Shown: piece after piece, positions 39,701 to 55,100 of the stretch
Numbering within the stretch: position 1 is the first letter of the stretch
Layout: each line of letters begins with the position of its first letter
Assembly (NCBI GenBank): GCA_964057225.1
Contig: OZ059895.1
Span: 23,126,001 to 23,190,000 of the forward strand
DNA: 64,000 nucleotides
DNA from: Auanema rhodensis
Lineage: Eukaryota; Animalia; Nematoda
Direction of reading: 5' to 3'
Notes under the pieces: generated by a model
Seen by the model: only the letters and a program-made list of their open reading frames with translations
The model's database searches: none
What the model was told of the DNA's origin: nothing
Program-made: the position numbers and the translations under genes

Positions 39701-42700
39701 CTGCGTCGATCTGTGTTATCAGATTTGCGCTAGCTTAAAAATGCACCGAGATATCAACTGATATATGTTCACACTTATATCCTCGATTTTCACTCTGAAG
39801 AATTAATTTTTTCGTTGAATAACAATGTCCATCGTCTTTGCCTTGAAAAAAGGAATCTAAAAACATCTACTTTTTGCTAAATTATTCTGAAATTTTTCGA
39901 AAAAATTTTTGTCAAAATGTTTTTGGAAGCAATGTTGAGTGTACATGGAAACTCAACATACACTAATGCATCATTTTTCAAACGATCATAACTAATTTTT
40001 GTATTAAGCGTTTCTCAATGTAGTATAGTGCATTCGATGCGGATTTTTAAGCTGCGTCGATCTGTGTTATCAGATTTGCGCTAGCTTAAAAATGCACCGA
40101 GATATCAACTGATATATGTTCACACTTATATCCTCGATTTTCACCCTGAAGAATTAATTTTTTCGTTGAATAACAATGTCCATCGTCTTTGCCTTGAAAA
40201 AAGGAATCTAAAAACATCTACTTTTTGCTAAATTATTTCGAAATTTTTCGAAAAAATTTTTGTCAAAATGTTTTTGGAAGCAATGTTGAGTGAACATGGA
40301 AACTCAACATACACTAATGCATCATTTTTCAAACGATCATAACTAATTTTTGTATTAAGCGTTTCTCAATGTAGTATAGTGCATTCGATGCGGATTTTTA
40401 AGCTGCGTCGATCTGTTTTATCAGATTTGCGCTAGCTTAAAAATGCACCGAAATATCAACTGATATAAGTTCACACATATATCCTCGATTTTCACCCTGA
40501 AGAATTAATTTTTTCGTTGAATAACAATGTCCATCGTCTTTGCCTTGAAAAAAGGAATCTAAAAACATCTACTTTTTGCTAAATTATTTTGAAATTTTTC
40601 GAAAAAATTTTTGTCAAAATGTTTTTGGAAGCAATGTTGAGTGTACATGGAAACTCAACATACACTAATGCATCATTTTTCAAACGATCATAACTAATTT
40701 TTGTATTAAGCGTTTCTCAATGTAGTATAGTGCATTCGATGCGGATTTTTAAGCTGCATCGATCTGTGTTATCAGATTTGCGCTAGCTTAAAAATGCACC
40801 GAGATATCAACTGATATAAGTTCACACTTATATCCTCGATTTTCACCCTGAAGAATTAATTTTTTCGTTGAATAACAATGTCTATCGTCTTTGCCTTAAA
40901 AAAAGGAATCTAAAAACATCTACTTTTTGCTAAATTATTTTGAAATTTTTCGAAAAAATTTTTGTCAAAATGTTTTTGGAAGCAATGTTGAGTGTACATG
41001 GAAACTCAACATACACTAATGCATCATTTTTCAAACGATCATAACTAATTTTTGTATTAAGCGTTTCTCAATGTAGTATAGTGCATTCGATGCGGATTTT
41101 TAAGCTGCGTCGATCTGTTTTATCAGATTTGCGCTAGCTTAAAAATGCACCGAAATATCAACTGATATAAGTTCACACATATATCCTCGATTTTCACCCT
41201 GAAGAATTAATTTTTTCGTTGAATAACAATGTCCATCGTCTTTGCCTTGAAAAAAGGAATCTAAAAACATCTACTTTTTGCTAAATTATTTTGAAATTTT
41301 TCGAAAAAATTTTTGTCAAAATGTTTTTGGAAGCAATGTTGAGTGTACATGGAAACTCCACATACACTAATGCATCATTTTTCAAACGATCATAACTAAT
41401 TTTTGTATTAAGCGTTTCTCAATGTAGTATAGTGCATTCGATGCGGATTTTTAAGCTGCGTCGATCTGTTTTATCAGATTTGCGCTAGCTTAAAAATGCA
41501 CCGAAATATCAACTGATATAAGTTCACACATATATCCTCGATTTTCACCCTGAAGAATTAATTTTTTCGTTGAATAGCAATGTCCATCGTCTTTGCCTTG
41601 AAAAAAGGAATCTAAAAACATCTACTTTTTGCTAAATTATTTTGAAATTTTTCGAAAAAATTTTTGTCAAAATGTTTTTGGAAGCAATGTTGAGTGTACA
41701 TGGAAACTCAACATACACTAATGCATCATTTTTCAAACGATCATAACTAATTTTTGTATTAAGCGTTTCTCAATGTAGTATAGTGCATTCGATGCGGATT
41801 TTTAAGCTGCATCGATCTGTGTTATCAGATTTGCGCTAGCTTAAAAATGCACCGAGATATCAACTGATATAAGTTCACACTTATATCCTCGATTTTCACC
41901 CTGAAGAATTAATTTTTTCGTTGAATAACAATGTCTATCGTCTTTGCCTTAAAAAAAGGAATCTAAAAACATCTACTTTTTGCTAAATTATTTTGAAATT
42001 TTTCGAAAAAATTTTTGTCAAAATGTTTTTGGAAGCAATGTTGAGTGTACATGGAAACTCAACATACACTAATGCATCATTTTTCAAACGATCATAACTA
42101 ATTTTTGTATTAAGCGTTTCTCAATGTAGTATAGTGCATTCGATGCGGATTTTTAAGCTGCGTCGATCTGTGTTATCAGATTTGCGCTAGCTTAAAAATG
42201 CACCGAGATATCAACTGATATATGTTCACACTTATATCCTTGATTTTCACCCTGAAGAATTAATTTTTTCGTTGAATAACAATGTCCATCGTCTTTGCCT
42301 TGAAAAAAGGAATCTAAAAACATCTACTTTTTGCTAAATTATTTTGAAATTTTTCGAAAAAATTTTTGTCAAAATGTTTTTGGAAGCAATGTTGAGTGTA
42401 CATGGAAACTCAACATACACTAATGCATCATTTTTCAAACGATCATAACTAATTTTTGTATTAAGCGTTTCTCAATGTAGTATAGTGCATTCGATGCGGA
42501 TTTTTAAGCTGCGTCGATCTGTTTTATCAGATTTGCGCTAGCTTAAAAATGCACCGAAATATCAACTGATATAAGTTCACACATATATCCTCGATTTTCA
42601 CCCTGAAGAATTAATTTTTTCGTTGAATAGCAATGTCCATCGTCTTTGCCTTGAAAAAAGGAATCTAAAAACATCTACTTTTTGCTAAATTATTTTGAAA

Positions 42701-45700
42701 TTTTTCGAAAAAATTTTTGTCAAAATGTTTTTGGAAGCAATGTTGAGTGTACATGGAAACTCAACATACACTAATGCATCATTTTTCAAACGATCATAAC
42801 TAATTTTTGTATTAAGCGTTTCTCAATGTAGTATAGTGCATTCGATGCAGATTTTTAAGCTGCGTCGATCTGTGTTATCAGATTTGCGCTAGCTTAAAAA
42901 TGCACCGAGATATCAACTGATATATGTTCACACTTATATCCTCGATTTTCACCCTGAAGAATTAATTTTTTCGTTGAATAACAATGTCCATCGTCTTTGC
43001 CTTGAAAAAAGGAATCTAAAAACATCTACTTTTTGCTAAATTATTTTGAAATTTTTCGAAAAAATTTTTGTCAAAATGTTTTTGGAAGCAATGTTGAGTG
43101 TACATGGAAGCTCAACATACACTAATGCATCATTTTTCAAACGATCATAACTAATTTTTGTATTAAGCGTTTCTCAATGTAGTATAGTGCATTCGATGCG
43201 GATTTTTAAGCTGCATCGATCTGTGTTATCAGATTTGCGCTAGCTTAAAAATGCACCGAGATATCAACTGATATAAGTTCACACTTATATCCTCGATTTT
43301 CACCCTGAAGAATTAATTTTTTCGTTGAATAACAATGTCTATCGTCTTTGCCTTAAAAAAAGGAATCTAAAAACATCTACTTTTTGCTAAATTATTTTGA
43401 AATTTTTCGAAAAAATTTTTGTCAAAATGTTTTTGGAAGCAATGTTGAGTGTACATGGAAACTCAACATACACTAATGCATCATTTTTCAAACGATCATA
43501 ACTAATTTTTGTATTAAGCGTTTCTCAATGTAGTATAGTGCATTCGATGCGGATTTTTAAGCTGCATCGATCTGTGTTATCAGATTTGCGCTAGCTTAAA
43601 AATGCACCGAGATATCAACTGATATAAGTTCACACTTATATCCTCGATTTTCACCCTGAAGAATTAATTTTGTCGTTGAATAACAATGTCTATCGTCTTT
43701 GCCTTAAAAAAAGGAATCTAAAAACATCTACTTTTTGCTAAATTATTTTGAAATTTTTCGAAAAAATTTTTGTCAAAATGTTTTTGGAAGCAATGTTGAG
43801 TGTACATGGAAACTCAACATACACTAATGCATCATTTTTCAAACGATCATAACTAATTTTTGTATTAAGCGTTTCTCAATGTAGTATAGTGCATTCGATG
43901 CGGATTTTTAAGCTGCATCGATCTGTGTTATCAGATTTGCGCTAGCTTAAAAATGCACCGAGATATCAACTGATATAAGTTCACACTTATATCCTCGATT
44001 TTCACCCTGAAGAATTAATTTTTTCGTTGAATAACAATGTCTATCGTCTTTGCCTTAAAAAAAGGAATCTAAAAACATCTACTTTTTGCTAAATTATTTT
44101 GAAATTTTTCGAAAAAATTTTTGTCAAAATGTTTTTGGAAGCAATGTTGAGTGTACATGGAAACTCAACATACACTAATGCATCATTTTTCAAACGATCA
44201 TAACTAATTTTTGTATTAAGCGTTTCTCAATGTAGTATAGTGCATTCGATGCGGATTTTTAAGCTGCGTCGATCTGTTTTATCAGATTTGCGCTAGCTTA
44301 AAAATGCACCGAGATATCAACTGATATAAGTTCACACTTATATCCTCGATTTTCACCCTGAAGAATTAATTTTTTCGTTGAATAACATCGTCCATCGTCT
44401 TTGCCTTAAGAAAAGGAATCTAAAAACATCTACGTTTTGCTAAATTATCTTGAAATTTTTCGAAAAAATTTTTGTCAAAATGTTTTTGGAAGCAATGTTG
44501 AGTGTACATGGAAACTCAACATACACTAATGCATCATTTTTCAAACGATCATAACTAATTTTTGTATTAAGCGTTTCTCAATGTAGTATAGTGCATTCGA
44601 TGCGGATTTTTAAGCTGCGTCGATCTGAGTTATCAGATTTGCGCTAGCTTAAAAATGCACCGAGATATCAACTGATATAAGTTCACACTTATATCCTCGA
44701 TTTTCACCCTGAAGAATTAATTTTTTCGTTGAATAACATCGTCCATCGTCTTTGCCTTAAGAAAAGGAATCTAAAAACATCTACGTTTTGCTAAATTATC
44801 TTGAAATTTTTCGAAAAAATTTTTGTCAAAATGTTTTTGGAAGCAATGTTGAGTGTACATGGAAACTCAACATACACTAATGCATCATTTTTCAAACGAT
44901 CATAACTAATTTTTGTATTAAGCGTTTCTCAATGTAGTATAGTGCATTCGATGCGGATTTTTAAGCTGCGTCGATCTGTTTTATCAGATTTGCGCTAGCT
45001 TAAAAATGCACCGAAATATCAACTGATATAAGTTCACACATATATCCTCGATTTTCACCCTGAAGAATTAATTTTTTCGTTGAATAACAATGTCCATCGT
45101 CTTTGCCTTGAAAAAAGAAATCTAAAAACATCTACTTTTTGCTAAATTATTTTGAAATTTTTCGAAAAAATTTTTGTCAAAATGTTTTTGGAAGCAATGT
45201 TGAGTGTACATGGAAACTCAACATACACTAATGCATCATTTTTCAAACGATCATAACTAATTTTTGTATTGAGCGTTTCTCAATGTAATATAGTGCATTC
45301 GATGCAGATTTTTAAGCTGCGTCGATCTGTGTTATCAGATTTGCGCTAGCTTAAAAATGCACCGAGATATCAACTGATATATGTTCACACTTATATCCTC
45401 GATTTTCACTCTGAAGAATTAATTTTTTCGTTGAATAACAATGTCCATCGTCTTTGCCTTGAAAAAAGGAATCTAAAAACATCTACTTTTTGCTAAATTA
45501 TTCTGAAATTTTTCGAAAAAATTTTTGTCAAAATGTTTTTGGAAGCAATGTTGAGTGTACATGGAAACTCAACATACACTAATGCATCATTTTTCAAACG
45601 ATCATAACTAATTTTTGTATTAAGCGTTTCTCAATGTAGTATAGTGCATTCGATGCGGATTTTTAAGCTGCGTCGATCTGTGTTATCAGATTTGCGCTAG

Positions 45701-45985
45701 CTTAAAAATGCACCGAGATATCAACTGATATATGTTCACACTTATATCCTCGATTTTCACCCTGAAGAATTAATTTTTTCGTTGAATAACAATGTCCATC
45801 GTCTTTGCCTTGAAAAAAGGAATCTAAAAACATCTACTTTTTGCTAAATTATTTCGAAATTTTTCGAAAAAATTTTTGTCAAAATGTTTTTGGAAGCAAT
45901 GTTGAGTGAACATGGAAACTCAACATACACTAATGCATCATTTTTCAAACGATCATAACTAATTTTTGTATTAAGCGTTTCTCAA
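33701..45985. repeat. Large segmental duplication within the array (13-monomer core, 7020-bp offset) with nested expansions
   Basis: The marker order starting at 33701 is repeated starting at 40721. Copy 1 contains a tripled trimer (35807-38965) and copy 2 a tripled monomer (43178-44230). Confidence 0.85.
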
Positions 45986-48900
45986 TGTAGTATAGTGCAT
46001 TCGATGCGGATTTTTAAGCTGCGTCGATCTGTTTTATCAGATTTGCGCTAGCTTAAAAATGCACCGAAATATCAACTGATATAAGTTCACACATATATCC
46101 TCGATTTTCACCCTGAAGAATTAATTTTTTCGTTGAATAACAATGTCCATCGTCTTTGCCTTGAAAAAAGAAATCTAAAAACATCTACTTTTTGCTAAAT
46201 TATTTCGAAATTTTTCGAAAAAATTTTTGTCAAAATGTTTTTGGAAGCAATGTTGAGTGTACATGGAAACTCAACATACACTAATGCATCATTTTTCAAA
46301 CGATCATAACTAATTTTTGTATTGAGCGTTTCTCAATGTAGTATAGTGCATTCGATGCAGATTTTTAAGCTGCGTCGATCTGTTTTATCAGATTTGCGCT
46401 AGCTTAAAAATGCACCGAGATATCAACTGATATATGTTCACACTTATATCCTCGATTTTCACTCTGAAGAATTAATTTTTTCGTTGAATAACAATGTCCA
46501 TCGTCTTTGCCTTGAAAAAAGGAATCTAAAAACATCTACTTTTTGCTAAATTATTCTGAAATTTTTCGAAAAAATTTTTGTCAAAATGTTTTTGGAAGCA
46601 ATGTTGAGTGTACATGGAAACTCAACATACACTAATGCATCATTTTTCAAACGATCATAACTAATTTTTGTATTAAGCGTTTCTCAATGTAGTATAGTGC
46701 ATTCGATGTGGATTTTTAAGCTGCGTCGATCTGTGTTATCAGATTTGCGCTAGCTTAAAAATGCACCGAGATATCAACTGATATATGTTCACACTTATAT
46801 CCTCGATTTTCACCCTGAAGAATTAATTTTTTCGTTGAATAACAATGTCCATCGTCTTTGCCTTGAAAAAAGGAATCTAAAAACATCTACTTTTTGCTAA
46901 ATTATTTCGAAATTTTTCGAAAAAATTTTTGTCAAAATGTTTTTGGAAGCAATGTTGAGTGAACATGGAAACTCAACATACACTAATGCATCATTTTTCA
47001 AACGATCATAACTAATTTTTGTATTAAGCGTTTCTCAATGTAGTATAGTGCATTCGATGCGGATTTTTAAGCTGCGTCGATCTGTTTTATCAGATTTGCG
47101 CTAGCTTAAAAATGCACCGAAATATCAACTGATATAAGTTCACACATATATCCTCGATTTTCACCCTGAAGAATTAATTTTTTCGTTGAATAACAATGTC
47201 CATCGTCTTTGCCTTGAAAAAAGAAATCTAAAAACATCTACTTTTTGCTAAATTATTTCGAAATTTTTCGAAAAAATTTTTGTCAAAATGTTTTTGGAAG
47301 CAATGTTGAGTGTACATGGAAACTCAACATACACTAATGCATCATTTTTCAAACGATCATAACTAATTTTTGTATTGAGCGTTTCTCAATGTAGTATAGT
47401 GCATTCGATGCAGATTTTTAAGCTGCGTCGATCTGTTTTATCAGATTTGCGCTAGCTTAAAAATGCACCGAGATATCAACTGATATATGTTCACACTTAT
47501 ATCCTCGATTTTCACCCTGAAGAATTAATTTTTTCGTTGAATAACAATGTCCATCGTCTTTGCCTTGAAAAAAGAAATCTAAAAACATCTACTTTTTGCT
47601 AAATTATTTTGAACTTTTTCGAAAAAATTTTTGTCAAAATGTTTTTGGAAGCAATGTTGAGTGTACATGGAAACTCAACATACACTAATGCATCATTTTT
47701 CAAACGATCATAACTAATTTTTGTATTGAGCGTTTCTCAATGTAGTATAGTGCATTCGATGCAGATTTTTAAGCTGCGTCGATCTGTGTTATCAGATTTG
47801 CGCTAGCTTAAAAATGCACCGAGATATCAACTGATATATGTTCACACTTATATCCTCGATTTTCACTCTGAAGAATTAATTTTTTCGTTGAATAACAATG
47901 TCCATCGTCTTTGCCTTGAAAAAAGGAATCTAAAAACATCTACTTTTTGCTAAATTATTCTGAAATTTTTCGAAAAAATTTTTGTCAAAATGTTTTTGGA
48001 AGCAATGTTGAGTGTACATGGAAACTCAACATACACTAATGCATCATTTTTCAAACGATCATAACTAATTTTTGTATTAAGCGTTTCTCAATGTAGTATA
48101 GTGCATTCGATGCGGATTTTTAAGCTGCGTCGATCTGTGTTATCAGATTTGCGCTAGCTTAAAAATGCACCGAGATATCAACTGATATATGTTCACACTT
48201 ATATCCTCGATTTTCACCCTGAAGAATTAATTTTTTCGTTGAATAACAATGTCCATCGTCTTTGCCTTGAAAAAAGGAATCTAAAAACATCTACTTTTTG
48301 CTAAATTATTTCGAAATTTTTCGAAAAAATTTTTGTCAAAATGTTTTTGGAAGCAATGTTGAGTGAACATGGAAACTCAACATACACTAATGCATCATTT
48401 TTCAAACGATCATAACTAATTTTTGTATTAAGCGTTTCTCAATGTAGTATAGTGCATTCGATGCGGATTTTTAAGCTGCATCGATCTGTGTTATCAGATT
48501 TGCGCTAGCTTAAAAATGCACCGAGATATCAACTGATATAAGTTCACACTTATATCCTCGATTTTCACCCTGAAGAATTAATTTTTTCGTTGAATAACAA
48601 TGTCCATCGTCTTTGCCTTGAAAAAAGAAATCTAAAAACATCTACTTTTTGCTAAATTATTTTGAAATTTTTCGAAAAAATTTTTGTCAAAATGTTTTTG
48701 GAAGCAATGTTGAGTGTACATGGAAACTCAACATACACTAATGCATCATTTTTCAAACGATCATAACTAATTTTTGTATTAAGCGTTTCTCAATGTAGTA
48801 TAGTGCATTCGATGCAGATTTTTAAGCTGCGTCGATCTGTGTTATCAGATTTGCGCTAGCTTAAAAATGCACCGAGATATCAACTGATATATGTTCACAC

Positions 48901-49144
48901 TTATATCCTCGATTTTCACCCTGAAGAATTAATTTTTTCGTTGAATAACAATGTCCATCGTCTTTGCCTTGAAAAAAGGAATCTAAAAACATCTACTTTT
49001 TGCTAAATTATTTTGAAATTTTTCGAAAAAATTTTTGTCAAAATGTTTTTGGAAGCAATGTTGAGTGTACATGGAAACTCAACATACACTAATGCATCAT
49101 TTTTCAAACGATCATAACTAATTTTTGTATTAAGCGTTTCTCAA

Positions 49145-52100
49145 TGTAGTATAGTGCATTCGATGCGGATTTTTAAGCTGCGTCGCTCTGTTTTATCAGA
49201 TTTGCGCTAGCTTAAAAATGCACCGAAATATCAACTGATATAAGTTCACACATATATCCTCGATTTTCACCCTGAAGAATTAATTTTTTCGTTGAATAAC
49301 AATGTCCATCGTCTTTGCCTTGAAAAAAGGAATCTAAAAACATCTACTTTTTGCTAAATTATTTTGAAATTTTTCGAAAAAATTTCTGTCAAAATGTTTT
49401 TGGAAGCAATGTTGAGTGTACATGGAAACTCAACATACACTAATGCATCATTTTTCAAACGATCATAACTAATTTTTGTATTAAGCGTTTCTCAATGTAG
49501 TATAGTGCATTCGATGCGGATTTTTAAGCTGCGTCGATCTGAGTTATCAGATTTGCGCTAGCTTAAAAATGCACCGAGATATCAACTGATATAAGTTCAC
49601 ACTTATATCCTCGATTTTCACCCTGAAGAATTAATTTTTTCGTTGAATAACATCGTCCATCGTCTTTGCCTTGAGAGAAGGACTCTAAAAACATCTACGT
49701 TTTGCTAAATTATCTTGAAATTTTTCGAAAAAATTTTTGTCAAAATGTTTTTGGAAGCAATGTTGAGTGTACATGGAAACTCAACATACACTAATGCATC
49801 ATTTTTCAAACGATCATAACTAATTTTTGTATTAAGCGTTTCTCAATGTAGTATAGTGCATTCGATGCGGATTTTTAAGCTGCATCGATCTGTGTTATCA
49901 GATTTGCGCTAGCTTAAAAATGCACCGAAATATCAACTGATATAAGTTCACACATATATCCTCGATTTTCACCCTGAAGAATTAATTTTTTCGTTGAATA
50001 ACAATGTCCATCGTCTTTGCCTTGAAAAAAGGAATCTAAAAACATCTACTTTTTGCTAAATTATTTTGAAATTTTTCGAAAAAATTTTTGTCAAAATGTT
50101 TTTGGAAGCAATGTTGAGTGTACATGGAAACTCAACATACACTAATGCATCATTTTTCAAACGATCATAACTAATTTTTGTATTAAGCGTTTCTCAATGT
50201 AGTATAGTGCATTCGATGCGGATTTTTAAGCTGCGTCGATCTGAGTTATCAGATTTGCGCTAGCTTAAAAATGCACCGAGATATCAACTGATATAAGTTC
50301 ACACTTATATCCTCGATTTTCACCCTGAAGAATTAATTTTTTCGTTGAATAACATCGTCCATCGTCTTTGCCTTAAGAAAAGGAATCTAAAAACATCTAC
50401 TTTTTGCTAAATTATTTTGAAATTTTTCGAAAAAATTTTTGTCAAAATGTTTTTGGAAGCAATGTTGAGTGTACATGGAAACTCAACATACACTAATGCA
50501 TCATTTTTCAAACGATCATAACTAATTTTTGTATTAAGCGTTTCTCAATGTAGTATAGTGCATTCGATGCGGATTTTTAAGCTGCGTCGATCTGTTTTAT
50601 CAGATTTGCGCTAGCTTAAAAATGCACCGAAATATCAACTGATATAAGTTCACACATATATCCTCGATTTTCACCCTGAAGAATTAATTTTTTCGTTGAA
50701 TAACAATGTCCATCGTCTTTGCCTTGAAAAAAGAAATCTAAAAACATCTACTTTTTGCTAAATTATTTTGAAATTTTTCGAAAAAATTTTTGTCAAAATG
50801 TTTTTGGAAGCAATGTTGAGTGTACATGGAAACTCAACATACACTAATGCATCATTTTTCAAACGATCATAACTAATTTTTGTATTAAGCGTTTCTCAAT
50901 GTAGTATAGTGCATTCGATGCGGATTTTTAAGCTGCGTCGATCTGTTTTATCAGATTTGCGCTAGCTTAAAAATGCACCGAAATATCAACTGATATAAGT
51001 TCACACATATATCCTCGATTTTCACCCTGAAGAATTAATTTTTTCGTTGAATAACAATGTCCATCGTCTTTGCCTTGAAAAAAGGAATCTAAAAACATCT
51101 ACTTTTTGCTAAATTATTTTGAAATTTTTCGAAAAAATTTTTGTCAAAATGTTTTTGGAAGCAATGTTGAGTGTACATGGAAACTCAACATACACTAATG
51201 CATCATTTTTCAAACGATCATAACTAATTTTTGTATTAAGCGTTTCTCAATGTAGTATAGTGCATTCGATGCGGATTTTTAAGCTGCGTCGATCTGAGTT
51301 ATCAGATTTGCGCTAGCTTAAAAATGCACCGAGATATCAACTGATATAAGTTCACACTTATATCCTCGATTTTCACCCTGAAGAATTAATTTTTTCGTTG
51401 AATAACATCGTCCATCGTCTTTGCCTTAAGAAAAGGAATCTAAAAACATCTACTTTTTGCTAAATTATTTTGAAATTTTTCGAAAAAATTTTTGTCAAAA
51501 TGTTTTTGGAAGCAATGTTGAGTGTACATGGAAACTCAACATACACTAATGCATCATTTTTCAAACGATCATAACTAATTTTTGTATTAAGCGTTTCTCA
51601 ATGTAGTATAGTGCATTCGATGCGGATTTTTAAGCTGCGTCGATCTGAGTTATCAGATTTGCGCTAGCTTAAAAATGCACCGAGATATCAACTGATATAA
51701 GTTCACACTTATATCCTCGATTTTCACCCTGAAGAATTAATTTTTTCGTTGAATAACATCGTCCATCGTCTTTGCCTTAAGAAAAGGAATCTAAAAACAT
51801 CTACTTTTTGCTAAATTATTTTGAAATTTTTCGAAAAAATTTTTGTCAAAATGTTTTTGGAAGCAATGTTGAGTGTACATGGAAACTCAACATACACTAA
51901 TGCATCATTTTTCAAACGATCATAACTAATTTTTGTATTAAGCGTTTCTCAATGTAGTATAGTGCATTCGATGCGGATTTTTAAGCTGCGTCGATCTGTT
52001 TTATCAGATTTGCGCTAGCTTAAAAATGCACCGAAATATCAACTGATATAAGTTCACACATATATCCTCGATTTTCACCCTGAAGAATTAATTTTTTCGT

Positions 52101-55100
52101 TGAATAACAATGTCCATCGTCTTTGCCTTGAAAAAAGGAATCTAAAAACATCTACTTTTTGCTAAATTATTTTGAAATTTTTCGAAAAAATTTTTGTCAA
52201 AATGTTTTTGGAAGCAATGTTGAGTGTACATGGAAACTCAACATACACTAATGCATCATTTTTCAAACGATCATAACTAATTTTTGTATTAAGCGTTTCT
52301 CAATGTAGTATAGTGCATTCGATGCGGATTTTTAAGCTGCGTCGATCTGTTTTATCAGATTTGCGCTAGCTTAAAAATGCACCGAAATATCAACTGATAT
52401 AAGTTCACACATATATCCTCGATTTTCACCCTGAAGAATTAATTTTTTCGTTGAATAACAATGTCCATCGTCTTTGCCTTGAAAAAAGGAATCTAAAAAC
52501 ATCTACTTTTTGCTAAATTATTTTGAAATTTTTCGAAAAAATTTTTGTCAAAATGTTTTTGGAAGCAATGTTGAGTGTACATGGAAACTCAACATACACT
52601 AATGCATCATTTTTCAAACGATCATAACTAATTTTTGTATTAAGCGTTTCTCAATGTAGTATAGTGCATTCGATGCGGATTTTTAAGCTGCGTCGATCTG
52701 TGTTATCAGATTTGCGCTAGCTTAAAAATGCACCGAGATATCAACTGATATATGTTCACACTTATATCCTTGATTTTCACCCTGAAGAATTAATTTTTTC
52801 GTTGAATAACAATGTCCATCGTCTTTGCCTTGAAAAAAGGAATCTAAAAACATCTACTTTTTGCTAAATTATTTTGAAATTTTTCGAAAAAATTTTTGTC
52901 AAAATGTTTTTGGAAGCAATGTTGAGTGTACATGGAAACTCAACATACACTAATGCATCATTTTTCAAACGATCATAACTAATTTTTGTATTAAGCGTTT
53001 CTCGATGTAGTATAGTGCATTCGATGCGGATTTTTAAGCTGCGTCGATCTGTTTTATCAGATTTGCGCTAGCTTAAAAATGCACCGAAATATCAACTGAT
53101 ATAAGTTCACACATATATCCTCGATTTTCACCCTGAAGAATTAATTTTTTCGTTGAATAACAATGTCCATCGTCTTTGCCTTGAAAAAAGGAATCTAAAA
53201 ACATCTACTTTTTGCTAAATTATTTTGAAATTTTTCGAAAAAATTTTTGTCAAAATGTTTTTGGAAGCAATGTTGAGTGTACATGGAAACTCAACATACA
53301 CTAATGCATCATTTTTCAAACGATCATAACTAATTTTTGTATTAAGCGTTTCTCAATGTAGTATAGTGCATTCGATGCGGATTTTTAAGCTGCGTCGATC
53401 TGTGTTATCAGATTTGCGCTAGCTTAAAAATGCACCGAGATATCAACTGATATATGTTCACACTTATATCCTTGATTTTCACCCTGAAGAATTAATTTTT
53501 TCGTTGAATAACAATGTCCATCGTCTTTGCCTTGAAAAAAGGAATCTAAAAACATCTACTTTTTGCTAAATTATTTTGAAATTTTTCGAAAAAATTTTTG
53601 TCAAAATGTTTTTGGAAGCAATGTTGAGTGTACATGGAAACTCAACATACACTAATGCATCATTTTTCAAACGATCATAACTAATTTTTGTATTAAGCGT
53701 TTCTCAATGTAGTATAGTGCATTCGATGCGGATTTTTAAGCTGCGTCGATCTGAGTTATCAGATTTGCGCTAGCTTAAAAATGCACCGAGATATCAACTG
53801 ATATAAGTTCACACTTATATCCTCGATTTTCACCCTGAAGAATTAATTTTTTCGTTGAATAACATCGTCCATCGTCTTTGCCTTAAGAAAAGGAATCTAA
53901 AAACATCTACGTTTTGCTAAATTATTTTGAAATTTTTCGAAAAAATTTTTGTCAAAATGTTTTTGGAAGCAATGTTGAGTGTACATGGAAACTCAACATA
54001 CACTAATGCATCATTTTTCAAACGATCATAACTAATTTTTGTATTCAGCGTTTCTCAATGTAGTATAGTGCAATCGATGCGGATTTTTAAGCTGCATCGA
54101 TCTGTGTTATCAGATTTGCGCTAGCTTAAAAATGCACCGAAATATCAACTGATATAAGTTCACACATATATCCTCGATTTTCACCCTGAAGAATTAATTT
54201 TTTTGTTGAATAACAATGTCCATCGTCTTTGCCTTGAAAAAAGGAATCTAAAAACATCTACTTTTTGCTAAATTATTTTGAAATTTTTCGAAAAAATTTT
54301 TGTCAAAATGTTTTTGGAAGCAATGTTGAGTGTACATGGAAACTCAACATACACTAATGCATCATTTTTCAAACGATCATAACTAATTTTTGTATTAAGC
54401 GTTTCTCAATGTAGTATAGTGCATTCGATGCGGATTTTTAAGCTGCGTCGATCTGAGTTATCAGATTTGCGCTAGCTTAAAAATGCACCGAGATATCAAC
54501 TGATATAAGTTCACACTTATATCCTCGATTTTCACCCCGAAGAATTAATTTTTTCGTTGAATAACATCGTCCATCGTCTTTGCCTTAAGAAAAGGAATCT
54601 AAAAACATCTACGTTTTGCTAAATTATTTTGAAATTTTTCGAAAAAATTTTTGTCAAAATGTTTTTGGAAGCAATGTTGAGTGTACATGGAAACTCAACA
54701 TACACTAATGCATCATTTTTCAAACGATCATAACTAATTTTTGTATTCAGCGTTTCTCAATGTAGTATAGTGCAATCGATGCGGATTTTTAAGCTGCATC
54801 GATCTGTGTTATCAGATTTGCGCTAGCTTAAAAATGCACCGAAATATCAACTGATATAAGTTCACACATATATCCTCGATTTTCACCCTGAAGAATTAAT
54901 TTTTTCGTTGAATAACAATGTCCATCGTCTTTGCCTTGAAAAAAGGAATCTAAAAACATCTACTTTTTGCTAAATTATTTTGAAATTTTTCGAAAAAATT
55001 TTTGTCAAAATGTTTTTGGAAGCAATGTTGAGTGTACATGGAAACTCAACATACACTAATGCATCATTTTTCAAACGATCATAACTAATTTTTGTATTAA

